A stretch of DNA of 64,000 nt, from assembly GCA_031550725.1 (NCBI GenBank), contig JAVBOH010000006.1:56763-120762 (forward strand), written 5' to 3'. How positions within the stretch are numbered: the first letter of the stretch is position 1; each line of letters starts with the position of its first letter. Below the pieces are notes generated by a model. That model saw only the letters and a list, made by a program, of their open reading frames with translations. It had not been told where the DNA came from and made no database searches. This DNA comes from Oscillospiraceae bacterium (GTDB taxonomy: Bacteria > Bacillota > Clostridia > Oscillospirales > Ruminococcaceae). This document shows positions 1 to 10,443 of this stretch, piece by piece. The position numbers and the translations under genes were made by a program.

Positions 1-80
1 AATATGCTATTATGTAGATAGCAAAAAATTACATATGCAAAAATTAATAAAGTTAAAAATTCTTAGGAGGCTGATTTATA

Positions 81-320
81 ATGAAAGCAACAGGTATTAC
101 TAGAAAAATCGACGAACTAGGAAGAATCGTTCTTCCAATCGAACTAAGACGTGGTCTTGATATCGGTGAAAAGGACGTTCTTGAGATTTATGTTGAGGAT
201 GAAAAGATTATTCTTAAGAAGTACAAGCAGTCCTGCGTTTTCTGCGGTAACGACGAGAATATCGTTGAGTTTATGGGCAAATATATATGTGCTGATTGTA
301 TTACTCAGTTCAAGAAGTAA
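81..320 (+). CDS. AbrB/SpoVT-family transcriptional regulator with C-terminal CxxC..CxxC zinc-ribbon
   Basis: N-terminal GITRKIDELGRIVLPIELRR swapped-hairpin motif; C-terminal CVFCG..CADC; AGGAGG 9 nt upstream of ATG. Confidence 0.8.
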   Translation: MKATGITRKIDELGRIVLPIELRRGLDIGEKDVLEIYVEDEKIILKKYKQSCVFCGNDENIVEFMGKYICADCITQFKK

Positions 321-422
321 TTTAAGCATTGCTTAGCTTGTACATTAATACATAATATGTTATTGTTCTTAATTGTATGACTATATAAAAAAATTCCTTA
401 CCGTGCTGAGTAAGGAATTTTT

Positions 423-1529
423 TTATTCAAATATTAAGTTTGATATTATGCTGTTTGAAACCAAGCAGCCTTTCGTTGTCAGAGTTATTATTGTACCATT
501 TATATTAAGAAGTCCGTTCTTTTCATATAGCTTTGCTTTTTTTATAATTCTATTGGAATGTTCAGGATATTTTGATACATCAAAACCTGTTTTTGTAAGG
601 CGTAAATTTAACATTGCATTTTCTTCAAAGCCACCTGCGTTTTCTTCGGTTATTTCAATTGTTTGCAACGGTGATTTAGTGTATTCTGAAACATTCATGT
701 TACATGAATATCGTTTGTCGTTAATATATGAATGTGCAGATGGACCAAAGCCATAATACTCCTCACAATTCCAATATTTTAAGTTATGCCTGCATTCATA
801 TCCATTATGTGAAAAGTTTGATATTTCATATTGCTCCATACCAAATTTATTTAGTTTATTTACTGCTTCAAGATAGTAATCTGCCATATCATCGTCATTT
901 GGAACGGCATTTATAAGTTCATTGTTATCATAAAGAGGTGTGCCATGTTCAATTTTGAGCATATACGCGGAAATGTGTTTCAGAGGTAATGATGAAATTA
1001 TTTTCAAGTTTTCATTTAGTGATGATAACGTCTGATATGGCACTGCAAGCATTAAATCTGCTGAAATATTCTCAAATCCGACATCATATGCCTCGCTAAT
1101 TGCAGCGGCAGCACGCTTACTATTATGTAAACGTCCAAGCCTTGACAGTTCGTTGTCATTAAATGACTGCACGCCAAATGAAACCCTGTTAATACCAGCA
1201 TTTTTCACGTCACGCAAGTATTCGTGCTTTACACTGTCAGGGTTGCATTCCATTGATATTTCAGCATCTTTTGCTAGTGGAAGTTCAGTTAAAATGCGTT
1301 CAATTTGTATAGCAGACAGCAATGATGGTGTGCCTCCGCCAAAGTATACAGTATCAGCTGTATAGTTATCACTTTTTACAGCTCTTATATTTCTTATAAC
1401 AGCATCAGTATATTTATCAGTTAGCGACAAATCAGTTACCGAATAAAAATCACAATATGCACATTTTCTTGTACAAAATGGTATATGAATGTATACTCCC
1501 CTGTTCAAATTGTTACACCTCACTTTCAT
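423..1529 (-). CDS. hemW: radical SAM HemW/HemN-like heme chaperone (oxygen-independent coproporphyrinogen oxidase family)
   Basis: GVYIHIPFCTRKCAYCDF radical-SAM CxxxCxxC motif; conserved lepA-hemN neighbourhood; start chosen at internal Met (MKVRC..), ORF could extend to 1571. Confidence 0.85.
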   Translation of the reverse strand: MKVRCNNLNRGVYIHIPFCTRKCAYCDFYSVTDLSLTDKYTDAVIRNIRAVKSDNYTADTVYFGGGTPSLLSAIQIERILTELPLAKDAEISMECNPDSVKHEYLRDVKNAGINRVSFGVQSFNDNELSRLGRLHNSKRAAAAISEAYDVGFENISADLMLAVPYQTLSSLNENLKIISSLPLKHISAYMLKIEHGTPLYDNNELINAVPNDDDMADYYLEAVNKLNKFGMEQYEISNFSHNGYECRHNLKYWNCEEYYGFGPSAHSYINDKRYSCNMNVSEYTKSPLQTIEITEENAGGFEENAMLNLRLTKTGFDVSKYPEHSNRIIKKAKLYEKNGLLNINGTIITLTTKGCLVSNSIISNLIFE

Positions 1530-1650
1530 GATATTTGAAACGGACGATTGATAATCACCCCTACAAAACACGTTTTACGATGATTTTATGTAGGGGTGAA
1601 AATTATTCGCCCGTAATTTTTATATATTTTTATACAACAGCCATCGCTCA

Positions 1651-3456
1651 TTAATCAAGCTTAAGTACAGCCATAAACGCCTCCTGCGGAACTTCAACAG
1701 TACCCAGCTGACGCATACGCTTTTTACCCTCTTTTTGCTTTTCAAGCAGCTTTTTCTTACGTGTAATATCACCGCCGTAGCACTTTGCAAGAACGTCCTT
1801 ACGAACAGCTTTAACGGTTTCTCTGGCAATAATCTTGCCGCCAATAGCAGCTTGAATTGGTACTTCAAATAACTGACGTGGAATATTATCCTTCAGCTTT
1901 TCAGCAATACGTCTTGCCCTTGCATATGCATTATCAGCATGAACGATAAATGAAAGTGCATCGACAACATCACCATTAAGCAATATATCAAGCTTAACTA
2001 GCTTTGACGGAACATATCCCATCATCTCGTAGTCAAATGACGCATATCCTCTTGTACGAGATTTAAGCGCATCAAAAAAGTCATATACAATTTCATTAAG
2101 CGGAAGTTCATAATGAAGTTCAACACGAGTTTCCTCAATATATTTCATGTCCTTGAACACACCACGACGTTCCTGACAAAGCTCCATTATATTGCCGACA
2201 TAATCTGATGGTGCTAAAATTGAAGCTTTTACCATTGGCTCCTCAGCAGTAGCAATTGTTGCAACATCAGGATAATTTGTAGGGTTATCAATAAATACAG
2301 TTTCACCATTAGTCATATTAACCTTGTAAATTACTGATGGTGCTGTTGTTATTAAGTCAAGATTAAACTCTCTTTCAAGACGTTCCTGAATTATTTCCAT
2401 ATGAAGAAGTCCTAAGAAACCACAACGGAAACCAAAGCCTAACGCAATTGATGTTTCCGGTTCAAAGGAAAGTGAAGCATCATTTAACTTAAGCTTATCA
2501 AGTGCATCACGCAGGTCAGTATAATGTGCACCATCGGCAGGATAAATACCGCAGAAAACCATAGGGTTTACATCACGATATCCAGACAAAACAGTTTCGC
2601 ATGGGTTATTGGCATCAGTAACAGTATCGCCAACTTTAGTGTCACCGATTGACTTGATTGATGCAGTGATATATCCAACCTCGCCAGCTTTGAGTTCACC
2701 AACATTAAACAGCTCTGTTGCTCCCATATATCCTGTTTCAACAACATCAAACTCTGCTTCGGTTGCCATAAGCTTGATAGTCTGTCCGATTTTTACAGTA
2801 CCCTCAATAACACGTACATAGATAATAACACCCTTGTAGCTGTCATAATAACAGTCGAAAATCAATGCACTAAGCGGTGCATCGGGGTCACCCTTTGGTG
2901 CTGGAATGTTCTTTACAACATCTTCCAAAACAGCCTGAATGTTTGTACCCATTTTTGCTGAAATTCTTGGAGCATCCATTGCAGGAATACCGATAATATT
3001 TTCTACTTCATTACAAACACGCTCAGGGTCTGCTGACGGTAAGTCTATCTTGTTAACAACAGTCATAACCTCAAGGTCATTTTCAATTGCTAAGTATGTG
3101 TTTGCAAGGGTTTGCGCCTCAATACCCTGTGAGGCATCGACAACCAAAATCGCACCCTCACAAGCAACGAGCGAACGTGAAACCTCATAGTTAAAGTCAA
3201 CATGTCCTGGGGTGTCAATAAGGTTAAATACATATTCATTTCCATCAAGTGCTGTGTATGTCAGATGTACAGCACGTGCCTTGATTGTAATGCCACGCTC
3301 TCTTTCGATATCCATGTTATCGAGCAGCTGTTCTTCCATATCACGTTTTGCGACAGTTGATGTAAGCTCCAAAATTCTGTCTGCAAGTGTGGATTTACCG
3401 TGATCTATATGTGCAATTATGCAAAAGTTACGAATATTCTCTTGATTATATGACAA
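1651..3456 (-). CDS. lepA: elongation factor 4 (LepA)
   Basis: [19 protein letters not shown]1 motif, DTPGHVDF, full-length translational GTPase; likely TTG start after AAGGAAGTG SD (ORF extends to 3507). Confidence 0.93.
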   Translation of the reverse strand: MSYNQENIRNFCIIAHIDHGKSTLADRILELTSTVAKRDMEEQLLDNMDIERERGITIKARAVHLTYTALDGNEYVFNLIDTPGHVDFNYEVSRSLVACEGAILVVDASQGIEAQTLANTYLAIENDLEVMTVVNKIDLPSADPERVCNEVENIIGIPAMDAPRISAKMGTNIQAVLEDVVKNIPAPKGDPDAPLSALIFDCYYDSYKGVIIYVRVIEGTVKIGQTIKLMATEAEFDVVETGYMGATELFNVGELKAGEVGYITASIKSIGDTKVGDTVTDANNPCETVLSGYRDVNPMVFCGIYPADGAHYTDLRDALDKLKLNDASLSFEPETSIALGFGFRCGFLGLLHMEIIQERLEREFNLDLITTAPSVIYKVNMTNGETVFIDNPTNYPDVATIATAEEPMVKASILAPSDYVGNIMELCQERRGVFKDMKYIEETRVELHYELPLNEIVYDFFDALKSRTRGYASFDYEMMGYVPSKLVKLDILLNGDVVDALSFIVHADNAYARARRIAEKLKDNIPRQLFEVPIQAAIGGKIIARETVKAVRKDVLAKCYGGDITRKKKLLEKQKEGKKRMRQLGTVEVPQEAFMAVLKLD

Positions 3457-3587
3457 AAATAACACTTCCTTAGTTAGCAAATATATATACATTATATCAC
3501 TTTTCATTATAAATGTAAATATGATTTATTTTTTTTACAATTAATCAGTAAAAATGGGCAGATGAAAACACCTACCCATTTGTATAT

Positions 3588-4811
3588 TTATTGATTTAAT
3601 CTGAAATGTACAGGAATACCATTTTGATATTCTATTTCAGGTTCACCCTGAATAAGCGGCAGAAAATAATTAAGTGCATCGGTAGTAACCTTATTCTGCT
3701 CGTTATTTATCCACTCTTTTGGGAAATACTTTACTTTATTAGCTGTATTGGAAATTTCAGTTGTGCAGATTTCAATTCGATATGGGTTATTGCTAATTCT
3801 TTTAAATATCATCATTACACCGCTGTTGCCATTCAAAGCACTTGTAACCGCTTCTTTGCCTATCTGCTCAGACTCGTTTAAATCGGTGAGTGATGCAATG
3901 TGTGAACTGCATCTCTGCATAACATTAAGTTCAATCGAACGCACTTTACATCCCAAATTCGCACTAGCAATATGTTCAAGATATTTTCCGACACCAGATA
4001 AATATTTGTGTCCAAATGCATCTGTAAGTGTTGAGGAAAATCCGCTCGATGAGTATTTATCGTCATCAATACTAATCCCCTCTGAAACTGCAACTATAAC
4101 TGCCATATGACGCTTTTGCATTTCACGAACATCATCAAGGAATTTATCAATTGAAAATTCCGCTTCAGGAAGATATATTAAATGTGGTGCAGGCTCTCCG
4201 TTTGCACGCAAAACACATGATGATGCCGCAAGCCATCCTGCATCACGTCCCATTATTTCTACAATTGTTATTGATGGTATCGAATAAACCCTGCTGTCAC
4301 GTATTATTTCCTGCATTGTTGTTGCAACATATTTTGCCGCTGAGCCAAACCCTGGGGTATGGTCTGTTTCGGGAACGTCATTATCAATGGTCTTTGGCAC
4401 ACCCACAACCTTAATATCTATGCCATTTTCTTTGAAATAAGCATCCAGCTTCATAACTGTATCCATTGAGTCATTACCGCCGATATAGAAAAACATTTTT
4501 ATGTTGTTCTTTTTAAACACAGCGGTTATTTTTTTATATTCATCTTCACTGTCTGCATAATCCTTAAGCTTATATCTACATGATCCTAAAATTGTTGATG
4601 GTGTTTTTTTGAGTAAATCTGCATCATAATCCGATGTAAGTATTTTTTTGAGGTCTGTCATTTCATCATTAAGTACTCCGTTTATTCCATTTATCGCTCC
4701 GAAAACAATGTCAATTTCCGATATATCACAGCACCCTTTATACACCCCAACTAGTGATGCATTTATTGCTGCTGTTGGTCCGCCAGACTGCGCAATGCAA
4801 ACATTATACAT
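3588..4811 (-). CDS. pfp: 6-phosphofructokinase, PPi-dependent type (PFK family)
   Basis: CIAQSGGPTAAINA, MGRDAGWLA PFK motifs; GAGGAA SD 7 nt before internal ATG (ORF extends to 4868). Confidence 0.85.
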   Translation of the reverse strand: MYNVCIAQSGGPTAAINASLVGVYKGCCDISEIDIVFGAINGINGVLNDEMTDLKKILTSDYDADLLKKTPSTILGSCRYKLKDYADSEDEYKKITAVFKKNNIKMFFYIGGNDSMDTVMKLDAYFKENGIDIKVVGVPKTIDNDVPETDHTPGFGSAAKYVATTMQEIIRDSRVYSIPSITIVEIMGRDAGWLAASSCVLRANGEPAPHLIYLPEAEFSIDKFLDDVREMQKRHMAVIVAVSEGISIDDDKYSSSGFSSTLTDAFGHKYLSGVGKYLEHIASANLGCKVRSIELNVMQRCSSHIASLTDLNESEQIGKEAVTSALNGNSGVMMIFKRISNNPYRIEICTTEISNTANKVKYFPKEWINNEQNKVTTDALNYFLPLIQGEPEIEYQNGIPVHFRLNQ

Positions 4812-5017
4812 GAAAAATTTCCTCGTTTCATAAAAATAATTATCATATAAATTATACCATATTTCCACGCAATCTTTCCATTGCTATTATGGACGATATT
4901 ATTATACCTTTTTCCTTTCTTTTTTCCCTTTTTGTGCAGTAATGGTTTACAGAAAACGTTATCTCTCAATAACAGATAATGGTTTCTGCAAACAATATAC
5001 AGAAACCATTTTATCAT

Positions 5018-5980
5018 TTATTTTCTTTTTCTTGCGGTAAGAACAATTACACCAGCTAAAGTTCCAACATTTAATAGATTATCAAAACTATTACTTGTTT
5101 CAGGAATAGCTGTGCTATCATTACCAACTGGCATTATATCAGTATCATCAATAAAATCATCCGAATCTGTATCTTCATTCGAAACATCATCTTCAGTATT
5201 ATCTGATGGTATTACATTATCAGGTATCATGATAGTTTCTTCGTCTTGAGTCAAATACTCTTCATATATGTATTCATTATTGGCTTTATCATATGCAGCT
5301 ATAAACACTGGCATTAAATCAAACATATCACATTCAAGCGGACGCCATATTCTATATATGTCATTAGTTGATTTATCATGACTTTGAGTTTGTGCCAAAA
5401 TATCATTTCCGCTTGACAGCAAATCGTTATAATCTGCATTTTTATTAATATAAAACTCTGATAACGAGAAATAAGTATATTCATCTGTATCGGATACAAA
5501 TACCATTGACGAATTTAGCATTACCTTGTTATCACAAAATAAAACCTTTGAATTTTCGGCATTTACAGTATTATAAATTTTATCAAAATTCTCATATACA
5601 AAATCCAAAAATGGATATTGATATTCTGTATATCTTTCAAAAAAACCATTTTCTTTCTTTTCAAAAGATACATACCCTAAAAATTCATTTGAGTCCTTTT
5701 CCCTTGCAGGTACAAAATATATGTCTGAATATACAATAGCATCAGATAAGTTTTCTGCTTGATAGGTTTGCTCTATGTCAGGAATATAACAATACTGCAC
5801 TGCCTTATCAAGCTCAAACTGCACTTCATAATAATAAAAATATTTTGCCCATTTTCTTGCTACGCTAGACAGACTTTGTGAAACTTCTTCGGGTGCTTTG
5901 TAATCAGCATTTACCGTTATCATCAACGCTGATACTGCAACACATAATGATAAAATAATTGATAGTAATTTTCTTTTCAT
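5018..5980 (-). CDS. hypothetical secreted protein, acidic C-terminal region plus C-terminal hydrophobic anchor
   Basis: Signal peptide MKRKLLSIILSLCVAVSALMITVNA; D/E/S-rich tail ending IPETSN..LLNVGTLAGVIVLTARKRK (sortase-substrate-like architecture without canonical LPXTG). Confidence 0.6.
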   Translation of the reverse strand: MKRKLLSIILSLCVAVSALMITVNADYKAPEEVSQSLSSVARKWAKYFYYYEVQFELDKAVQYCYIPDIEQTYQAENLSDAIVYSDIYFVPAREKDSNEFLGYVSFEKKENGFFERYTEYQYPFLDFVYENFDKIYNTVNAENSKVLFCDNKVMLNSSMVFVSDTDEYTYFSLSEFYINKNADYNDLLSSGNDILAQTQSHDKSTNDIYRIWRPLECDMFDLMPVFIAAYDKANNEYIYEEYLTQDEETIMIPDNVIPSDNTEDDVSNEDTDSDDFIDDTDIMPVGNDSTAIPETSNSFDNLLNVGTLAGVIVLTARKRK

Positions 5981-6119
5981 AATAATCAAGCCTTTCAAAT
6001 ATGTCCCCCATTAATTCTAGTTTATCACATTAAGCATACATTGTCAACCACGTAAATAATGTTGACGTCTATATTTTTTTGTTGTATAATAATAGTATAT
6101 TTTTCATGGAGGTATATTT

Positions 6120-6737
6120 ATGAATGATAATGTTTATTATGAAAATTACGATAACAATATAATTTTTAATCAATTTAGTGCTAACTCCGTAGATTTAATT
6201 AATACTATGAACAATAAATTCCGAAAAATAGAATTATCTCAAGGTCAATATGACTATCTTTATAAAGAATTTGATAATATGGTTAATAAAAATAATTCCG
6301 TTTTCGGAAGAATTTTATGGTTTATATTTTTAATAGGTATATATGCATTTTTAATCATGATTACATTTAATAAAAGTGCTGAAAATCTTGCCGGTGGTAT
6401 TTTTGCTATTATTTGTTTTACAATTTTTATTGTTATTTTCAGATATACAGGTGAAAAATCCAATATCATTCCCAAAGCACAGTTTGACTGTATTAGTAAT
6501 CGGAAATTTGATACATTTGAAGTACCTGTGACTGACAAAAGAATTAGAAAGCATTCATTAGGTAATAACGCATCTCGTGGTGTTTATATTATTTCAGATA
6601 GTGTTACTTTTGAAACATCTGTAAGCAATTATAATGCTTTTACATATAACGATACTGCTTGTGTTGTTGTTTTTTGTATTGATGATAAATATTATTTCAG
6701 GCTTTTGCCACAAAATGCAATTTGGAGCGATATATAA
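6120..6737 (+). CDS. hypothetical membrane protein (two predicted TM helices)
   Basis: GGAGG SD; hydrophobic segments ILWFIFLIGIYAFLIMITF and GGIFAIICFTIFIVIF; C-terminal motif VVVFCIDDKYYFRL. Confidence 0.55.
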   Translation: MNDNVYYENYDNNIIFNQFSANSVDLINTMNNKFRKIELSQGQYDYLYKEFDNMVNKNNSVFGRILWFIFLIGIYAFLIMITFNKSAENLAGGIFAIICFTIFIVIFRYTGEKSNIIPKAQFDCISNRKFDTFEVPVTDKRIRKHSLGNNASRGVYIISDSVTFETSVSNYNAFTYNDTACVVVFCIDDKYYFRLLPQNAIWSDI

Positions 6738-6761
6738 CATGATAAATTATGGAGAAACAAG

Positions 6762-6881
6762 ATGTCTAATTTAATAAATGATGAAACTACGGATATTGAT
6801 TTAAGAGCATTAGAAATTAATGAAAATATTAATATTGTTGTTTTTCATATTGATGAAAAATATTATTATAAGATTATATAG
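6762..6881 (+). CDS. small ORF (39 aa) whose C-terminus repeats the VVF-x-ID-x-KYY motif of the upstream gene
   Basis: GGAGA 7 nt upstream of ATG; MSNLINDETTDIDLRALEINENINIVVFHIDEKYYYKII. Confidence 0.35.
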   Translation: MSNLINDETTDIDLRALEINENINIVVFHIDEKYYYKII

Positions 6882-7005
6882 TTGTTTTTTTCACTTTGGT
6901 ACAAAAAGGAGAGCAGCTCCGTTTAAAATACATAGTATTTTAAAATGAACGTACTATACCTAACAATATAAGTTAAAATATAAAGCACAAGGGATTTGAA
7001 TTATT

Positions 7006-7200
7006 ATGACAAATGATTTAGGTAAAATTATAAGCTTGCCAGATGGTGATGCAATAATTATAGATATTTTTTCATGTTATGATGGTGATTTTTATGAAGT
7101 TGAATTTATTAAAGGTAAAAACCTCGGAAATAAAAGGCGTATTAATATATGGAGTGACGAGGGATATGAATATATTCTGAAAGGGTTAAAAAATGATTAA
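7006..7200 (+). CDS. small hypothetical protein (64 aa)
   Basis: ORF with 4-bp overlap onto the downstream PTP gene; contains IIIDIFSCYDGDFYEVEF, loosely similar to the motif in the two upstream ORFs. Confidence 0.45.
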   Translation: MTNDLGKIISLPDGDAIIIDIFSCYDGDFYEVEFIKGKNLGNKRRINIWSDEGYEYILKGLKND

Positions 7201-7663
7201 TATTATGTTTATTTGTCACGGCAATATCTGCCGTTCACCTATGGCTGAATTTGTTTTTCGTGACTTAGTTCAAAAACAAGGTTTGGGTGATAAATTTCAT
7301 ATTGCATCCTCTGCGACAAGCACAGAAGAAATCGGTAATCCTGTTCATAGAGGTACAGCAAAACAGCTTGAAACTAGAGGAATTTCAGCTTATGGTAAGC
7401 GTGCTGTTCAATTAACAAAAAAGGATTATGACAAGTATGACTTTCTCATCGGTATGGATAGTGCTAACATCCGCAACATCTGCCGTATTACAAACAAATC
7501 TGCGGATGATGAAAAAATTTTTAAGCTGCTTGATTTGACTGATTTAAAGCGTGATATCGCTGACCCTTGGTATAACGGAAATTTTGATGCTACTTATAAT
7601 GATGTTCTTTTAGGCAGTGAGGCGCTGCTTGAATTTTTACAAACTAATAATTACCTTGATTAA
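7193..7663 (+). CDS. low-molecular-weight protein-tyrosine phosphatase
   Basis: N-terminal P-loop FICHGNICRSPMAEFVF (CX5R) and C-terminal DP motif. Confidence 0.88.
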   Translation: MINIMFICHGNICRSPMAEFVFRDLVQKQGLGDKFHIASSATSTEEIGNPVHRGTAKQLETRGISAYGKRAVQLTKKDYDKYDFLIGMDSANIRNICRITNKSADDEKIFKLLDLTDLKRDIADPWYNGNFDATYNDVLLGSEALLEFLQTNNYLD

Positions 7664-7679
7664 GGGGGATAATGTTTTT

Positions 7680-7853
7680 ATGTCTAGCTGCGATTCTTGT
7701 GTTAATTATGTTTTTGATGAGGAATATGAATGTTATGCTTGCCTTGTCAATCTTGATGAGGATGAAATGTATAAATTTATGTCAAATTCAAATTTTAACT
7801 GTCCTTATTACAGACTTGATGATGAATATGCTGTTGTCAGACACCAAATGTAG
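7680..7853 (+). CDS. small Cys-rich acidic protein (possibly DUF6472-like)
   Basis: MSSCDSCVNYVFDEEYECYACLVNLDEDEMYKF..CPYYRLDDEY; starts 17 nt after the PTP stop. Confidence 0.5.
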   Translation: MSSCDSCVNYVFDEEYECYACLVNLDEDEMYKFMSNSNFNCPYYRLDDEYAVVRHQM

Positions 7854-7920
7854 TAAATTAAATTATGTAAACGCAAGTATGATTTTTTTATGATAATTGA
7901 AGAATAATATGCAAAATCTA

Positions 7921-7949
7921 TTGACTTATTCTTCATAAAATGGTATAAT
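7921..7949 (+). promoter_or_regulatory. sigma-A-type promoter for secDF
   Basis: TTGACT-17 bp-TATAAT about 50 bp upstream of the AGGAGG RBS and GTG start. Confidence 0.55.
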
Positions 7950-8001
7950 TAAACGATAATTTGTGCAAAGAGCTTATTTTTGTGCATTAGGAGGTTAAAA
8001 T

Positions 8002-9411
8002 GTGAATAAGGTTAAAAAGCCTACGTTTTTTATTGTTTTTATACTGATTGCTGTTTTTGCAGTTTCGGTAATTTTTGGATGGACTTCTTATTATGGCGAT
8101 ATCTCTAAGATTCATATTAAGGGTGTTAACGATATCCGTTTTGGTATTGATATCAAGGGTGGTGTTGACGTTACCTTTACTTCTCCTGAAGATATCGATG
8201 CTACTGATTCCCAACTTGATTCCGCTAAGGAAGTTATTGTTCAGCGTATGATTAATCTTGGTATTACTGATTATGAATGTTATATCGACTATAACAGTGA
8301 CAGAATTATCGTTCGTTTTCCTTGGAAAGAGAGTGAGGCTAATTTCGACCCTGAGGCTGCTGTTAAGGAGCTCGGCGAAACTGCTATGCTAACATTCCGT
8401 GAGGGATATGAAACAGATGATTATGGTGTTTATACAGGAACTACTGCTGAGAATGTAATTCTTGTCGGATCTGATATTAAGCAGGCTATGGCTGCTGTTA
8501 CTTCAAGCAGCACAGGTGCTCAGGAATGGGTTGTAAGCCTTGAACTTAACAGTGATGGCGCTGCAAAATTTGCTGAAGCAACAGGCAGACTTGCACAGAC
8601 AAGAGGTGTTATTTCAATCTGGATGGATGAAACTTGTATTTCATATCCATCTGTTAACACTGCTATTACAGATGGTAAAGCTACTATCTCTGGCAGCTTT
8701 GATGCTACTTCTGCTAAAGAGCTTGCTGACAAAATTAACTCTGGTGCATTGCCATTTAAGCTAGTTACTGCAAGCTTCTCAACTATTTCACCAAGTCTTG
8801 GAACTGGTGCTCTTAATGCAATGGTACTCGCAGGACTAATTGCTTTTGCTTTTATTTCTGTTTTTATGATTGCTGTTTACAGACTTCCAGGGTTCGTTTC
8901 TGTTATTGCACTTGTTGGTCAGGTTACAGGTACTCTTGCTTTCATTTCTGGTTATTTCGGGTTTATGAACAGCTCAATCCTAACTATTCCTGGTATTGCA
9001 GGTATCATCCTAGCTGTTGGTATGGGTGTTGATGCTAACGTTATCATCAGTGAGAGAATCAAGGAAGAACTTGACAGCGGCAAAACTCTTGACGGTTCAC
9101 TTAATTCAGGTTTTAAACGTGCATTTACCGCTATTCTTGACGGTAATGTTACTATGATTCTTGTTGCTATTATTCTTATGGGTGCTTTCGGTACTACTGA
9201 CAGCATTTTTGCTAAGCTATTAAAGTTTGTATTCTTTATGTTTGGACCATCTACTGCTGGTACAATCTATTCATTCGGATTTACCCTTCTAACTGGTGTT
9301 GTGCTTAACCTTTTCTTTGGTGTGTTCTGTTCTCGTTTAATGACTACATCACTTTCCAAATTCAAGGCTTTCAGAAATCCAAAGCTTTATGGAGGTGGTA
9401 ATAATGCGTAA
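8002..9411 (+). CDS. secD: protein translocase subunit SecD
   Basis: N-terminal TM, large periplasmic domain, C-terminal 6-TM block; GTG start 7 nt after AGGAGG; 8-nt overlap with secF. Confidence 0.9.
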   Translation: MNKVKKPTFFIVFILIAVFAVSVIFGWTSYYGDISKIHIKGVNDIRFGIDIKGGVDVTFTSPEDIDATDSQLDSAKEVIVQRMINLGITDYECYIDYNSDRIIVRFPWKESEANFDPEAAVKELGETAMLTFREGYETDDYGVYTGTTAENVILVGSDIKQAMAAVTSSSTGAQEWVVSLELNSDGAAKFAEATGRLAQTRGVISIWMDETCISYPSVNTAITDGKATISGSFDATSAKELADKINSGALPFKLVTASFSTISPSLGTGALNAMVLAGLIAFAFISVFMIAVYRLPGFVSVIALVGQVTGTLAFISGYFGFMNSSILTIPGIAGIILAVGMGVDANVIISERIKEELDSGKTLDGSLNSGFKRAFTAILDGNVTMILVAIILMGAFGTTDSIFAKLLKFVFFMFGPSTAGTIYSFGFTLLTGVVLNLFFGVFCSRLMTTSLSKFKAFRNPKLYGGGNNA

Positions 9412-10366
9412 GAAAAATTTTAATTTTGACTTCATTGGCAAAACTAAACTGTTTCTAACAATTTCTGTTGTTATGATTGCTATTTCAATTCTTTCCTCTT
9501 TCGTATTCGGTGTTAATGTTGACATCCAGTTTAAAGGCGGTACACTTATCACTTATATTTTTGATGGTGATATTGATACTTCAGAATTTGAAAAAGCTGC
9601 TGAGGATGCTTTAGGCGGTATTGGTGTTAGTACTACAACTGGTACTGATTTTGCAACAGGTAAAAACAATATTCAGGTTTCATTGCTTTCAAACTCAGGT
9701 TTAACTTCTGAAAATCAGTTTAATCTGACAAATGCATTAACTGATAAATATGCAGACAATAACCTCGTTCTTCTCGAGTCATCTGATATTTCACCTTCAT
9801 CAGGTAAGGTATTCTTCCTAAAGTGCTTGGTTGCTGTTATTTTCTCAGCTATTGTTCTTATCATTTATATTGCTTTAAGATTTAAGAACATCGGTGGTTT
9901 GCTTGGCGGTTTCTGTGCCGTTGCTGCACTTATCCATGACTGTATAATTGTTTATGGTTCATTTGTTATTCTAGGTATGTCCATTAATGCAAACTTTATG
10001 GCTGTTATTCTTACAATTCTGGGTTACTCTATTAATAATACTATCGTTATTTATGACCGTATCCGTGAAAACGAAACTCTGTTCCGTAAGGTTAAAACTC
10101 ATACTGAAATTGTTAATATGAGTATCAACCAGTCACTAACACGTTCTATCAACACTTCACTTACAACTATTTTTGCTATGCTTGCTGTAACTGTTGTTGC
10201 TGCTTTATATGGCGTTGAATCAATCATCTCTTTCTCACTTCCAATGATGATTGGTATGATTGTCGGAACTTATTCTTCTGTTTGTGTTACTTGTCCTTTC
10301 TGGCTTGTTCTTAAGGGTCTTAAGAAAGATACAAAAAAAGGCAGCAAGAAAACTGTTAAAGCTTAA
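9404..10366 (+). CDS. secF: protein translocase subunit SecF
   Basis: SecF architecture and TM pattern; GGAGG SD before ATG; overlaps secD end. Confidence 0.9.
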   Translation: MRKKNFNFDFIGKTKLFLTISVVMIAISILSSFVFGVNVDIQFKGGTLITYIFDGDIDTSEFEKAAEDALGGIGVSTTTGTDFATGKNNIQVSLLSNSGLTSENQFNLTNALTDKYADNNLVLLESSDISPSSGKVFFLKCLVAVIFSAIVLIIYIALRFKNIGGLLGGFCAVAALIHDCIIVYGSFVILGMSINANFMAVILTILGYSINNTIVIYDRIRENETLFRKVKTHTEIVNMSINQSLTRSINTSLTTIFAMLAVTVVAALYGVESIISFSLPMMIGMIVGTYSSVCVTCPFWLVLKGLKKDTKKGSKKTVKA

Positions 10367-10443
10367 ATTTTTAATAAAATTCAATCGGCTTCCATTCTTT
10401 TATGGAAGCCCCTTGTACTTAATTGAAAGGCAGGCGTTTTTGT

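Noticed and set aside
1557-1603. CCCCTACAAAA..TTTTATGTAGGGG hairpin between lepA and hemW as a terminator
   Set aside because: No U-run follows on the minus strand, and lepA-hemW are conserved co-transcribed neighbours. More likely an inter-cistronic stabilising structure.
7672-7893. 73-aa hydrophobic ORF in an alternative frame after the LMW-PTP gene
   Set aside because: The overlapping frame encoding the Cys-rich acidic protein (CxxC..CxxC..CP) has a coherent, family-like sequence; the hydrophobic frame is a typical AT-rich artefact.
10381-10415. Hairpin GGCTTCCAT-tctttt-ATGGAAGCC after secF as a terminator
   Set aside because: A good stem but no downstream U-run, and the isomerase gene and glyQS follow closely. 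Possibly an attenuator or RNA-stability element; not confidently a terminator.
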